A stretch of 64,000 nucleotides of DNA from a virus (IMGVR_UViG_3300013121_000037:48345-112344), one strand, 5' to 3'; positions 49,289 through 59,823 are shown, counted from the first letter of the stretch. Translations and numbers: made by a program. The notes: generated by a model from the letters alone, not told the origin.

Positions 49289-50111
49289 CTGCGAAACATG
49301 GGGGACGGGTCCGGTTCCAGCGCAAACAACTTCTCCACCGTCACCTCCGGTTGCTCCAGCAGGAACCAGCGTTCGTGCAGCAACACCAGAAGGGCCGCGG
49401 CCTGGAAACTGTACAGTTTCTGCTTCTGGTGGTGCAAAAACTGCCGCTGCCAGTGCCGCAAATCAGGCAAATGACTCAGCAAATCAATGGGGATCTCCGC
49501 GGCGTGTTCGACAGCACCCACCGTGCCGAGATGAGCGAACCGCTTCACTTCCCCACCCGGAGAACGCAACCACAGCAGGGCACACAGCACATGCACCCGC
49601 TCCGGACGCGGCGAAGTCTGCAAATCGCGAATGGCCGCCAGCACCAGATTGTCAAACATTTTTACACCACCCCTTTGCACAACACTTTCCTACCACACCT
49701 GAGCGGTGTCACTGCGCAAAATGTAACTGTCTACTTTTGCGCAGCGACATCGTTGACCAGACACTTACCCCTGATAGCCACCAGCGAAGGAGCACACGCT
49801 GCCGCAGTCGCTGGCCGAACTCATGCCCGGCAACACCTCAATCGGACCACCCGGACCACTTGGCACCGTGGGCCGCAGCGGGTTGGCCTCCAGCCAGGTG
49901 ATGAGTTCCTTCAACTTCGCGATGGCCAGCGGCCTGGCGTACTCCCAGATGATCTGCAGGATGGACTCCCACGATACCCCCAGCAGGCGCAACTTGCCAA
50001 CCAACCCCCCCACCTCACCACCCAGCGAACTGAACAACCCGTGCAGCGACTCCTCGGCCTGATGCCGCCGCGGCGCAAACTGGAGCACAACTTCTGCCAT
50101 GACAGACCTCC

Positions 50112-50999
50112 TTAATTGGTGGGCGTGGCATTGAATACCCGGTAACCCGGTGCCACCACCGTTACCGATTTCGCACTGTTATCAATCGCCACATTCACCG
50201 CCCCGCTGCTCCCAGTGGGTGGTGGCGGTGGCGGTTGCTGTGGTTTCGGATAAATCTTGGCCACCAGACCCCTGTCGCTTGCACTGATCTGGTCGCCCCC
50301 CGGAATCGGTTGCCCCGACCGGGTCACACTGCCCGGGAACTGGTAGCACATGATGCTGCTCAAATCCACCCGCGGCGTGGCCATCAGCAGCGAGGACTCC
50401 TCCAGGGGCGTCAGGATCTGCTGCTGCACCATCTGTGCCGACCAGCCCAGCACCTGCCGCCCCCAGACAATCACCTTCTGCGGGTCCAGCAGGTTCACCG
50501 CCTCCCGCCGCATGTGCTCGTGCGGAAAGCCCAGCACATGGCCAAACTCATGCGGCACCACCCGCATATATTCCGCCGGGTCCGTATTCTCCGTGAACCC
50601 CTCCAGGTTCATCGTCTGCTGCCCGCGCAGGATGTGCAGGTTGTCCGTACCCAGGTACGACCAGTAACCACCACCACCCCGCAGGATGCGCACCACCGGA
50701 TCCGTGGTCGTCTCGAAAAACTCCACCTGGGCATACTGTCCCCAGAGATTGGCATGCTGCAAGATCAGGCGCCGGGTCGCCGCGGTGGGACTGTCCAGAA
50801 AACCCACCCCCAGTTTGACCCCCTCCGTCCCCCAGTATTTCTGCGCCAGTACCGCCAGTTTGCCTGGTGGCAAGATGTCGTAAATCTGGTCGGGCAGGCA
50901 CGCCGGCAGCACCGCATTGACCGGATTGATGTCCACCGCAGTTTTGGCCGCCTCCACCCACAGATCACCCGGCAAGTACATCGGCGTGCAGACAATCAT
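50112..50999 (-). CDS. metzincin (M12/astacin-like) zinc metalloprotease
   Basis: HEFGHVLGFPHEH and Met-turn SSIMCY. Confidence 0.88.
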   Translation of the reverse strand: MIVCTPMYLPGDLWVEAAKTAVDINPVNAVLPACLPDQIYDILPPGKLAVLAQKYWGTEGVKLGVGFLDSPTAATRRLILQHANLWGQYAQVEFFETTTDPVVRILRGGGGYWSYLGTDNLHILRGQQTMNLEGFTENTDPAEYMRVVPHEFGHVLGFPHEHMRREAVNLLDPQKVIVWGRQVLGWSAQMVQQQILTPLEESSLLMATPRVDLSSIMCYQFPGSVTRSGQPIPGGDQISASDRGLVAKIYPKPQQPPPPPPTGSSGAVNVAIDNSAKSVTVVAPGYRVFNATPTN

Positions 51000-51010
51000 G
51001 ACAAAAAGCC

Positions 51011-51397
51011 TCAAATAAAGTCGATTTTCTTTACCCCACGTCGCCCCAGTTCCAACCCCGCCCGCCAGAGATGCACCGTCTCTAGCACGTTGGGACACCA
51101 GGACAACCAGTTACGGCAATGGCCATACAAAAAGTGGCAATTTACCACTGGCCCCTCGCACAGAGTCAGCAGATTGTCCGGTGCCAGTTCCAGGTCGGGG
51201 AAAAGGTGATAGGGTTTTATGTGGTGAACCGCCAGGTTGGTGCGTGCCCCACAGGCGGCACACTCGGGTTGCTGCCGCAGGTGTTCCTGGCGTACCTGCT
51301 GCCACCGACTGCTGCGCGGGGCCAGTTGCACAGTCAGCAGTTGATACTCCCGCGCTACCGGGTCCGTTACCAACCACTGCCTGAGCCAACTGAGCAT
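51011..51397 (-). CDS. HNH endonuclease
   Basis: CAACG...VHHIKP...NLLTLC...CH. Confidence 0.85.
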   Translation of the reverse strand: MLSWLRQWLVTDPVAREYQLLTVQLAPRSSRWQQVRQEHLRQQPECAACGARTNLAVHHIKPYHLFPDLELAPDNLLTLCEGPVVNCHFLYGHCRNWLSWCPNVLETVHLWRAGLELGRRGVKKIDFI

Positions 51398-51873
51398 GGT
51401 TTGCTCCAGATACCGCGCTACTGCTCAGAGCAGAGTAAGCCAGAATGGTGTCTGGAAGCAAAACCATCCACTGCGCAAAAGTAGACAGTAGCATTTTGCG
51501 CAGTGACGCTGGCACAGAGAATGCAGTTGTCTGGAGGCAACGAGAGGAACCAAATCATGACCAATCCAGCAGACGGTACACCGCCGCAGTTTTGTGGTAT
51601 TCCAGCGCATGATCTGGAGTGCGTGGAGTGTGGCGTGCGTTTGTACGCGCAGCGAGTGGCGGATGTGTGTCAGTGGCGTAGACAAGTGCTGGTGAACATT
51701 CACAACACCACAATGGCAGGGCAGTGCGATCAACCACCACTGACACCACTGGATGAGTCAGGACGATGGGAGAGCGTGACACCATGAGCAAACCAGTGGT
51801 GGGTTATGGTGCTACGGTTAGCATGAATGGCGTTGTACTTGGACAGATCAAATCATGGGAAATGGGCAATAGC

Positions 51874-52668
51874 ATGACCGAAACCGAGTGGTTGACGTGT
51901 ACTGACCCGCTACGCATGCTGGATGTTGTCTCACCGCTATACCACGGTGACACGGTACGGCGATTGGCCACCGAGCGGCAGTTGCGGCTTTTCGCTTGTG
52001 CCTGCTGTCGCCAGTTCTGGCACCTGCTGTGGCTAAAAAGCCAGCGTGCCCTGATCGAAATGGAAGCCGAAGTCGATGGTGCTTCCAGTGACGACGACCT
52101 TATCAACCTCTGCCTGGATGAGCAGAATTATTTCTTCCAGAGGTCAGGTCAAATCCACTTGCTGGATCATGCCGCCCGCGCTCGCTGGAATGCTACCGAT
52201 GCCGTGGTCATGCTGGCCACCAGCATTTCCACTGGCTTCCCCACTGACAAGGGTTCATTCCTGCCCACGTTCCACCGTATCCGGCAACATGAGTCTGGTG
52301 GCAATCCTGACAGTCCAAACACTGCTGGCTATCCAGCAGAAGCACACCTCTTGCGCGACATCATTGGCAACCCGTGGCGCCTGGTGAAGTTGCCGCTGGC
52401 CTGGCAGCATGGCCAGCGCCGCGAGGACAGCAGCGATACTGCTGGTACGATGGAATCCTGCTGTCCCTGGCTCATCTGGCGCGATGGCACCGTGCCACGC
52501 CTGGCACAGGCCATCTACGCCGAACATGCCTGGGAGCGGTTACCCATCCTGGCCGATGCGCTGGAAGAAGCGGGGTGTGCGAATGAAGATATTCTCCAGC
52601 ACCTGCGTGGAGCAGGTCCGCATGCCCGTGGTTGCTGGGTACTCGATCTGCTGCTGGGCAGGAAGTGA
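51874..52668 (+). CDS. MTETEWL family protein, paralogue 3 (opposite strand)
   Basis: Same conserved blocks; lies between palindromes 51470 and 52692. Confidence 0.75.
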   Translation: MTETEWLTCTDPLRMLDVVSPLYHGDTVRRLATERQLRLFACACCRQFWHLLWLKSQRALIEMEAEVDGASSDDDLINLCLDEQNYFFQRSGQIHLLDHAARARWNATDAVVMLATSISTGFPTDKGSFLPTFHRIRQHESGGNPDSPNTAGYPAEAHLLRDIIGNPWRLVKLPLAWQHGQRREDSSDTAGTMESCCPWLIWRDGTVPRLAQAIYAEHAWERLPILADALEEAGCANEDILQHLRGAGPHARGCWVLDLLLGRK

Positions 52669-52741
52669 GTGGTCAGCGTGCAACGGCGGTCACTGCGCAA
52701 AATGTGACTGTCTACTTTTGCGCAGTGACTGCGGTTGCCGG

Positions 52742-53173
52742 TCAGCGAATGCTGAAGAACGAACCGGTCACCGGATCCTGTACCACCGTGCCCGTGCCAC
52801 AGCCACCCAGTGCCGCGGCACCGAAGAAACTGGACTGCACCGCGTAACCTGGCGCAAAGGCCGCCCCCACACCATACCCCGGGAAGAACGAGCGTTGCAC
52901 ACCGTAACCAGGGAAGAAGTTACGCTGCACATGGACGCCTGCGAAACCGGGAGTGAAGAACCCCCGCTGCACGCCCACGCCACCGCCGACGAACACGTTC
53001 GCCCCTGGCGTGCGCACCCGCACCGCTGCCCCCGGCACATTGACCACCACGTTGTTGCGGCGCACGCCACGGAAGAACACAAACGCCTCCGCCGTATCTG
53101 CCGTCAGCACCAGCGCCGCCAGCGTCAGAATGGTCAGGGAAAACAGAGTCTTGATGGAAACCAAAGTCTTCAT
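52742..53173 (-). CDS. secreted Gly/Val/Phe-rich low-complexity protein
   Basis: Signal peptide ending TAEA; repeated FFPGYGV. Confidence 0.55.
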   Translation of the reverse strand: MKTLVSIKTLFSLTILTLAALVLTADTAEAFVFFRGVRRNNVVVNVPGAAVRVRTPGANVFVGGGVGVQRGFFTPGFAGVHVQRNFFPGYGVQRSFFPGYGVGAAFAPGYAVQSSFFGAAALGGCGTGTVVQDPVTGSFFSIR

Positions 53174-53222
53174 GGAAAAGCACCTCTCTCTGGTTGAGTT
53201 GATGGGTTGATGGTTTGCTTGG

Positions 53223-54401
53223 TCAATTGGAGCGGAACAATTCCAGGTCGGCCTCGGTGATGGCCCCTGTCTCGCACCCCTTCGGTCGGTTGGCAGTATC
53301 CGCCAACCACGCGGCCACCTGCAACTTCTTCGCAGTCGGGAACGTGCCCCACCCCTCCAGCGAGAACTTGCCGCGTTTGTTCTCCCCCAGGTGACAACTG
53401 GCACAGCGCTGCACCACAAACACCTTGAACCGCTCCAGTGTCGAGTTCTGCGCCTGCTCCTCCGCCTTCGGCATCTGCTTGCTGGCCGGTGGCGGTTCCA
53501 CCACCTTTTGCACCTTGATACCGCCATTGGGGTCCGGTCCCACCTGGAAGCGATATTCCTGGGTCTGCAAACTGCTGGACGGTTGCTGCAAGTTCTTTAG
53601 AAACTCCACCGTGGCCGCTCCCCGCGCCTGAATCTCGGCCAGTTTTGCCTGATTCTGTCCCGTCTGCGCCACAATCTGCTGCACCCCCGTGGTCGCCTTG
53701 TCATTGAGAGCCTGTTGGGTCTGCGCCAGGTTCACCGCTGCCGAGAACATCGCCGCCACCGAGGTATCCCCATACGGGTTGATGGCTGTGTTGTAACTCA
53801 GGTTGTGCCCGTACAGCGTCTGCCCCTGCACCCCCTGCGTGCTGTAGGACAACTGATTGAGCGTGCCATAGCCATAGTAGGGCGTGCCATAACCAGAAAC
53901 CGCGGGCGTTAACCCATACCCCTGCCAGGGGCGCGGTCCCTCCAGTCCCAGCAATTTTACCGCACTCTGGAAGTTGGCATAGTCCGCCGCCTGTGTGCGA
54001 ATCTGCCCCTCTGCGGCATCCCGTTGCTTCGCCAGATCCAGCAAGGGACCAATCCACCCACCCGGTTTGTACGTCGGAACCGCTGCCGCTTGCGCCGGTG
54101 GCGTGTAGGTGTAGGCGTGCGCGTAGTTGTAATGGTCCACCGCTGGATAGTAGACGCCGTAGGAGTAGTAAGCCGGTGTCTGATAGTAGGTGCGCGTGTA
54201 GGCATTATTGCCATGCCACCAGTAGCCGTTGTGCCAGGTGTAAGTGGTGCCGTTATAGGTGTGGGTGTAGTTGCTGGCCTCCACGCCACCCGTCAGCAGC
54301 AAAAACAGCCAGATAATCAGCATGAACAGCAGCAGGCGGAGACACCACACCCACCAGTTTTCTGCTTCGCGGAGTCGCGCACTCGATTCCCGGTCCCACA
54401 T
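53223..54401 (-). CDS. membrane or secreted protein with C-terminal c-type cytochrome motif
   Basis: N-terminal transmembrane segment; Tyr-rich region; QRCASCH. Confidence 0.6.
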   Translation of the reverse strand: MWDRESSARLREAENWWVWCLRLLLFMLIIWLFLLLTGGVEASNYTHTYNGTTYTWHNGYWWHGNNAYTRTYYQTPAYYSYGVYYPAVDHYNYAHAYTYTPPAQAAAVPTYKPGGWIGPLLDLAKQRDAAEGQIRTQAADYANFQSAVKLLGLEGPRPWQGYGLTPAVSGYGTPYYGYGTLNQLSYSTQGVQGQTLYGHNLSYNTAINPYGDTSVAAMFSAAVNLAQTQQALNDKATTGVQQIVAQTGQNQAKLAEIQARGAATVEFLKNLQQPSSSLQTQEYRFQVGPDPNGGIKVQKVVEPPPASKQMPKAEEQAQNSTLERFKVFVVQRCASCHLGENKRGKFSLEGWGTFPTAKKLQVAAWLADTANRPKGCETGAITEADLELFRSN

Positions 54402-54456
54402 GATATTTGTCCTCTCTATCTCACTGCGCAAAATGCGACAGTTTACTTTTGACCAG

Positions 54457-56325
54457 TTACTTCGCCTGCGCCTTGAGGTTGGCCAGATTCCTGGCGGCGC
54501 GGTGCATGGCAAAAGGATACGCTAATTCCCAGTCCTGCCGCAGCACACTGATACCCCGCACCAGTGCCCACAGACGAATATCTTCCGGGATCACCACCCG
54601 GCCAATCTCGTGAATCGGCACCGCTGCCTTCGGGTCCGGTTGCAGCAGAAACGCCAGCACCTTCGGCGCCAACTTATCATCCATGACCTTCACCCCCATC
54701 TCAAACAGCGCCTGCCGCGCATCCACCTTGCGATACCAGTAATCGCGGTAGATGCTCACTTCCTTGCCCACCGCTTCCCGGGCCAGATCCGTGGGTTTTA
54801 TCTGGTTGTCCAACCAGGGACCGGTCGCCCTATGCACCGCCTTTGTGTAATCCAACCGCCCTCGACTGAACGCGGCATCCGGGTCGCCCCCATAAAGACC
54901 CGCCAACCGGCGAATCACATCCAGGTTGTTTTGTGCAAAACGGCCATGCTCTGACAGGTCGGCCAGAATGTCGAGCGACTGCCCCGGACCTACCAACTTC
55001 TGCACATCGTTGCCCGTGGCAATCCAGCCATTGTGCGCTCCCTTGAAATGACACGCCTTGCAGGAACTGGTTTGCAACCGGCGCGTATAAGGTTCCGGAA
55101 TCGTGTGGTCGTTGGCCACATCCGGCGGCACTTCCCGCTGCCGTTTCCCCGCATCATCAAACAGGTCGTAGGCATGCAGACCATTGGGCAATTCATAAAT
55201 AACCTCCCGCGCCCGATCCTTCGGCGTCAGCAGGTTCATCAGGGCATGCCGGTCCACATCCACATCCTGGTCCTTCAGGTCATGGGTGATGGACAGTAGT
55301 CGGGTAGTGTTGGAGACATGCCCGGTCAGAGTGGGTAGGATTTCAATGAGGCGTGACTTGCCCGTGACCTGACTCTGGAAAATGGCGCTGCGCTGGTCCG
55401 GCCTGGTTCGCTCATAAATTTTCCGGGCACTCCCGGCACTGCCATCCCCCACCCCTAACTTCTCAAACAGAGCATCCTCATCACTACCGCCATTCTTGCC
55501 CTGCGGCACGCTCAAAAGTTCGAAGTACAAACCACCCCAGATTTCCTTGAAAACGCCAGTATCCTTCTGTTTGTCCACAATCCCATCCTGGATGCTGCTG
55601 GCCGTGCGATAGGACCAGTACGGTTGACTGACCACCGGCGCCGCACTTTTCGTGCGCTGACAGAGTTCGTGATAAACCTCCGGGTCCAGCAAGGGCGATG
55701 GCAGGCGAATGAACTCCACCGCCTTCAGGTCGCCCACCTTGATTTTCTTGGGATAACAGATCCGCTGCTTCTCCCACCGTTTGCTGTAAGTTTTGCCATC
55801 CGCTGGATGCACATACTCGGGACAGTCCACCAGTTGCTTTTCCCAGTGGTAGACGTGGGCCAAAACCTCAAAGTGGCCAAAGGCGCGAATGGCAGCCTGC
55901 AAGGTGCCCGGTGTCAAGAGTAGCGAGAATTTAGGGTCGTTCCTGAACTCCTCCCATAGCGTGGCCAGTATGGAAAAGTCGCTGCCGGGTGGTAGATAGT
56001 GGCGCAGGTCCAACCGGGCCAGCAGAACCTCACCCACCCGCACACCGGCAGGACGCTGGATTTCCACACCCCACGACACCCCATTGATGGTCAGGGAAGT
56101 GGCCAGAAACGCCGGGATCGTCTTTTCCACAATCCAGATGTACCGATAATAACACTGCTCATGCTCGGGAATCTTGCGCAGATCCAGCAGCGCCACCGCC
56201 TGCGCCTGTGCCGGTGTGGCCACCAGACGAATAGGTAACTCCTGCTGGTCAGTTTGCTTCGGTTGTGCCTGTAGCAGCGGAACCAGTCCCCACAACAACA
56301 GCACCACCACCCCTGCGCTTCGCAT
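54457..56325 (-). CDS. secreted Planctomycete-type CxxCH protein
   Basis: Signal peptide; VPPDVAND...SCKACH. Confidence 0.6.
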   Translation of the reverse strand: MRSAGVVVLLLWGLVPLLQAQPKQTDQQELPIRLVATPAQAQAVALLDLRKIPEHEQCYYRYIWIVEKTIPAFLATSLTINGVSWGVEIQRPAGVRVGEVLLARLDLRHYLPPGSDFSILATLWEEFRNDPKFSLLLTPGTLQAAIRAFGHFEVLAHVYHWEKQLVDCPEYVHPADGKTYSKRWEKQRICYPKKIKVGDLKAVEFIRLPSPLLDPEVYHELCQRTKSAAPVVSQPYWSYRTASSIQDGIVDKQKDTGVFKEIWGGLYFELLSVPQGKNGGSDEDALFEKLGVGDGSAGSARKIYERTRPDQRSAIFQSQVTGKSRLIEILPTLTGHVSNTTRLLSITHDLKDQDVDVDRHALMNLLTPKDRAREVIYELPNGLHAYDLFDDAGKRQREVPPDVANDHTIPEPYTRRLQTSSCKACHFKGAHNGWIATGNDVQKLVGPGQSLDILADLSEHGRFAQNNLDVIRRLAGLYGGDPDAAFSRGRLDYTKAVHRATGPWLDNQIKPTDLAREAVGKEVSIYRDYWYRKVDARQALFEMGVKVMDDKLAPKVLAFLLQPDPKAAVPIHEIGRVVIPEDIRLWALVRGISVLRQDWELAYPFAMHRAARNLANLKAQAK

Positions 56326-56481
56326 ACCACATCCTGATCAACCACCAACCCGGCAACAACACCCAGTTCACCACCACCCAGATATGCCAGAGCAGATGCA
56401 CCAACAACAAGGTCAACAGATGTTCCAGCATGCTCCCACAACCACTACTGCGCAAAATCTTCTTCACAAAACAGTTTACTT

Positions 56482-56955
56482 TTACCCACCTTGCAGTTCT
56501 TTGAGCACTTCCACCTTGCCCAGTGCCTTGTCCAGCGCCGTGTTCAGCGGTTGATACTGCCATCTGACCCGGTGCCGATAGATGGCCCGCAGCAACATCT
56601 CCTGCAACAGTTGCCGGTTGAGCACCGGTTTGGCCACATACTCCTGTGCCCCGGCCTCCAGCACCTCCTCCAGCGTTACCGTGCTATCCCCAGTCATCAC
56701 CACCACCGGCACCTGCGGACAGCAGGTTTGCAGCAATCGCATGGTTTCCAGCGAGTCCTGCGATAGCGGTGAATCGGGCAGGAGTAAATCCAGCAGCACC
56801 ACATCGGTGGAGTGCTGGCACAAATACTCCTTGCCCGCGGTCAAGGAGTCCGTCACCGTGGTTTCAAAGAGGTCGCTGCTATCCAGCAATTTGGGCAGTA
56901 ATTCTTGCAGGTCTGTAGAATCTTCAATCAGCAATACCCGCCACTTTTGACTCAT
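56482..56955 (-). CDS. single-domain response regulator (REC)
   Basis: VLLIED, VLLDLLLPD, VVMTG, GAQEYVAKP. Confidence 0.88.
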   Translation of the reverse strand: MSQKWRVLLIEDSTDLQELLPKLLDSSDLFETTVTDSLTAGKEYLCQHSTDVVLLDLLLPDSPLSQDSLETMRLLQTCCPQVPVVVMTGDSTVTLEEVLEAGAQEYVAKPVLNRQLLQEMLLRAIYRHRVRWQYQPLNTALDKALGKVEVLKELQGG

Positions 56956-56963
56956 GGATATGC

Positions 56964-57362
56964 TCACGATCCGGAAGAACCGGCTGAATTGTGCAGGCCA
57001 GTTAAGGTGGTTTCCAGATGGGTGATTTTCTCTTCCAACTGGGCAATCTTGGCGATGAGTGTGTTTTTCTCGCTGGTCAGAATGGTGATTTGCGCCTTGA
57101 ACATGGCGTTGTCCTGCTGACAGGTCAAATGATCCGTCTGTAGTTTTTTGACCTCCTTCTTCACTGTGCGCAGGTCTTCTTCCAGTTCGGTCACGAACTC
57201 CTTTTGCCGCCCCGACAAATAATCCATGAATTCGCGGTCACTCGACCGTTCGGCCCGGTTCAGGTCGTGCCGCTTCTGCCACCAACTGGAGATGATTTCC
57301 CAACCCTTGTCCAGCACCTTGACGGCAGCAACCGTGACCGCCACAATGAGCGCCTCGTTCAT
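56964..57362 (-). CDS. membrane-anchored coiled-coil protein (holin or membrane accessory-like)
   Basis: N-terminal hydrophobic helix plus long coiled coil. Confidence 0.45.
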   Translation of the reverse strand: MNEALIVAVTVAAVKVLDKGWEIISSWWQKRHDLNRAERSSDREFMDYLSGRQKEFVTELEEDLRTVKKEVKKLQTDHLTCQQDNAMFKAQITILTSEKNTLIAKIAQLEEKITHLETTLTGLHNSAGSSGS

Positions 57363-57460
57363 CACTGTCCCCCCTCCTGTGCCTGATTGTGCTATAGCCA
57401 AGCATCCGCACACAACAGGAGACAGTTTCTGACGGCGGGCACTGCGCAAAATGCAACTGT

Positions 57461-58651
57461 CTACTTTTGCGCAGTTGACTGGCCAGCGGGGTGATCCACA
57501 ATCCAGCAGCGTTCCCATTGCCGCCACTTACCCCGAAATTCTTTTTCCACCGCGCGGCGAACCCCCTCGCGATCCACGTCATGACCAGCCATGACACCTG
57601 CTGTCTTGAGTTTCGGTCGCCAGGCGCGAATGTCCGCCAAACACCCTTCGTAGGAGTGGTCACCGTCCACAAAGACAAAGTCACAGGAGTTGTCCGCGAA
57701 AGCCTGCGCTGCCGCCACACTCGGCTTCTGAAGGGGGTGAATGTGATCAGTCACGCCGCAGTGAATCATGTTCTGCCAAAAGGTCGGGAACATATCACCA
57801 CCGAGTTTTTTCACCTCACCCTGGTGTTCATGTCCCTCTGTACCCTTCCAGGTATCCACCGCGTAGAACGTGACCGGTTTCAATCGTCGCTTGATCTCCG
57901 TCCCCATGTACGCAGCACTGCGGCCTCGCCAGCAGCCAATCTCCACAAACACCGCCGGACCACGTACCCTGCCCAGTGCCTCATCGTACAGGGTCCGCAT
58001 CTGTTCATCGAACCATCCCGCAATTCCCTTCCAATCGGTGTTGGAAAGCGCTGCTGAAGGTGACTGATCCTGCAACACCAGCGGTGGAACAAAGGAATAA
58101 TGCCGCAGGTGCGGATAGACCAGATGGGCAGCCAGAATATCCGAATGCGTGGAAAATGACGCTTTGCGTAATTGAGCCAGAGCAAAACGCAGCGCTGACT
58201 TTTTCCACAGCACCGCATGACAGCACAGCGGTTCGCGAATCTCCCTGACCCGTTCATTGACCAGAAGCGTTTTCTTGTCCTCCGTGCAGCAGTGCCCCAC
58301 ATGGACCACGTCCCAGTCCAGCGGCAAGGCCGCATAGGAACGGGCAAACTCCTCCCGGAAGTGGGGCACAAACACCACATCATCCTCAAATATCAACACC
58401 TCGTCCTCCGGTCGTTCACAGCAAACGGTCCAGAGGAACATTTTCGATAAAGTCAGGGCCACTTTACCAGAGGTGATGTAGTGCTGCGGACTGTCGAAAT
58501 GGGCCAGTCCCGGTTTGATGGCCGCAGTCGGGCCGTGAATCCCATCAAACAGTTCCACCTCCAACCCGGCAGCGGCAAACCGCTCAATGGCCAGGTCGCG
58601 GCGTGCTGCCAGTTGGTGGCAGGTAATGGCGTACATTTTTGGTAGATTCAT
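57461..58651 (-). CDS. GT25-like glycosyltransferase fused to a class I SAM methyltransferase
   Basis: LIFEDDV; VEIGCWRGRS, AVDTW, FVDGDHSYE, AGHD. Confidence 0.8.
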   Translation of the reverse strand: MNLPKMYAITCHQLAARRDLAIERFAAAGLEVELFDGIHGPTAAIKPGLAHFDSPQHYITSGKVALTLSKMFLWTVCCERPEDEVLIFEDDVVFVPHFREEFARSYAALPLDWDVVHVGHCCTEDKKTLLVNERVREIREPLCCHAVLWKKSALRFALAQLRKASFSTHSDILAAHLVYPHLRHYSFVPPLVLQDQSPSAALSNTDWKGIAGWFDEQMRTLYDEALGRVRGPAVFVEIGCWRGRSAAYMGTEIKRRLKPVTFYAVDTWKGTEGHEHQGEVKKLGGDMFPTFWQNMIHCGVTDHIHPLQKPSVAAAQAFADNSCDFVFVDGDHSYEGCLADIRAWRPKLKTAGVMAGHDVDREGVRRAVEKEFRGKWRQWERCWIVDHPAGQSTAQK

Positions 58652-59823
58652 ACAGACACCAATTTCCTCTCCAGTTCGGCATGGTTCCAGGCGTGCAGCA
58701 CCGTCCAGCGGTCATGTTCTCCCGACGACAGCACCCAGTCACCACCCACCCGCACCGCACCACAGGTGAATACCACGCTGGCATACTGGTCACCCGGTTT
58801 GGTACTACGGTCCGCGACCAGAATGGGTTGCGGAATCATCCGCAGCATCTGAAACGGCGGCGCGGTCGCGAACGTGTACAGTCCCGTGCGATAAATGCGG
58901 TGACCGCCCACCTCGATCCGGTCGTGAAAGAAACTCCACCACTCCTCACCAACCCGCACCGGTGAGGCACCGCCACGCATCTCCCCACCCCGCCAGGGCA
59001 CACCCACCGTGGTTTTGCCCACCAGTTCCACCTTCTCACCATCAAGTTTCAGCACCCGGTGTGGCGTGCAGGTGTAAACGCAATGCAATTCACCGTTGTG
59101 GTCGAAGAATTGCCAGTTCTTCTCCCACCCACGGCGCTTTTCCAGGTGCGGGAAGTAGATTTTCTCGGTCTTGAATTGCCGGTCCAACCGGGCATAGAGC
59201 ACGTTAGTGTGCAATCCGCCCAGCGAACACACCCCGACGTAGGTAACATGCAGTTGCCCGCGGAACCAGAACAGACGCGGGTCCTCTCGCCCATAGTTGG
59301 CTCGCTGGTGCCGCAGGTTGAGTTTGACGGCTTTCCCGTCTGGCTTGAAGTCCCGGGTCAGGCGGATGACATAGATGTCGCTGCCAGCCCAGCCGTTGCG
59401 AAACGCCAGCAGGTACGCTCCCTCGTACTCGATCAGGGAGGAGTTGAACCGCTTGCCCGGTACGTCAGGGCAGAGGTTCTTTTCGTCGAAGCGGAGTGGG
59501 AATGTGGCCGTCTCGGCATCCGGGCAACCCGCACAGCAGGCATGCCCGTCCAGGCGTTTGCCCTGCGTGCAGGTGCCGTGCCGGGCACACTGATGGATTT
59601 TCACCTCGACATGCCCCCGGCACGATGGGCAACGCTGCCGCCCCACCTCTACTCCCAGATGAACGCATTGCCACACGGGTATGCGCAAGGACGGCACTGC
59701 CACCGCTGGCGCCAGATCCAGGCCCCACCAGAGTTTCGCATAACGCGGATCGACGCTGGTCGCCATGCGGCACCAGCGGCAACCATCATGCGGCGCAGCA
59801 TGCTTGCAGGGAGCACGGGTCAC
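58648..59823 (-). CDS. Cys-rich domain plus GH130-like beta-propeller glycosidase
   Basis: FNSSL, EDPRLF, EKNW, RGG and VVFTCG motifs. Confidence 0.65.
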   Translation of the reverse strand: MTRAPCKHAAPHDGCRWCRMATSVDPRYAKLWWGLDLAPAVAVPSLRIPVWQCVHLGVEVGRQRCPSCRGHVEVKIHQCARHGTCTQGKRLDGHACCAGCPDAETATFPLRFDEKNLCPDVPGKRFNSSLIEYEGAYLLAFRNGWAGSDIYVIRLTRDFKPDGKAVKLNLRHQRANYGREDPRLFWFRGQLHVTYVGVCSLGGLHTNVLYARLDRQFKTEKIYFPHLEKRRGWEKNWQFFDHNGELHCVYTCTPHRVLKLDGEKVELVGKTTVGVPWRGGEMRGGASPVRVGEEWWSFFHDRIEVGGHRIYRTGLYTFATAPPFQMLRMIPQPILVADRSTKPGDQYASVVFTCGAVRVGGDWVLSSGEHDRWTVLHAWNHAELERKLVSV

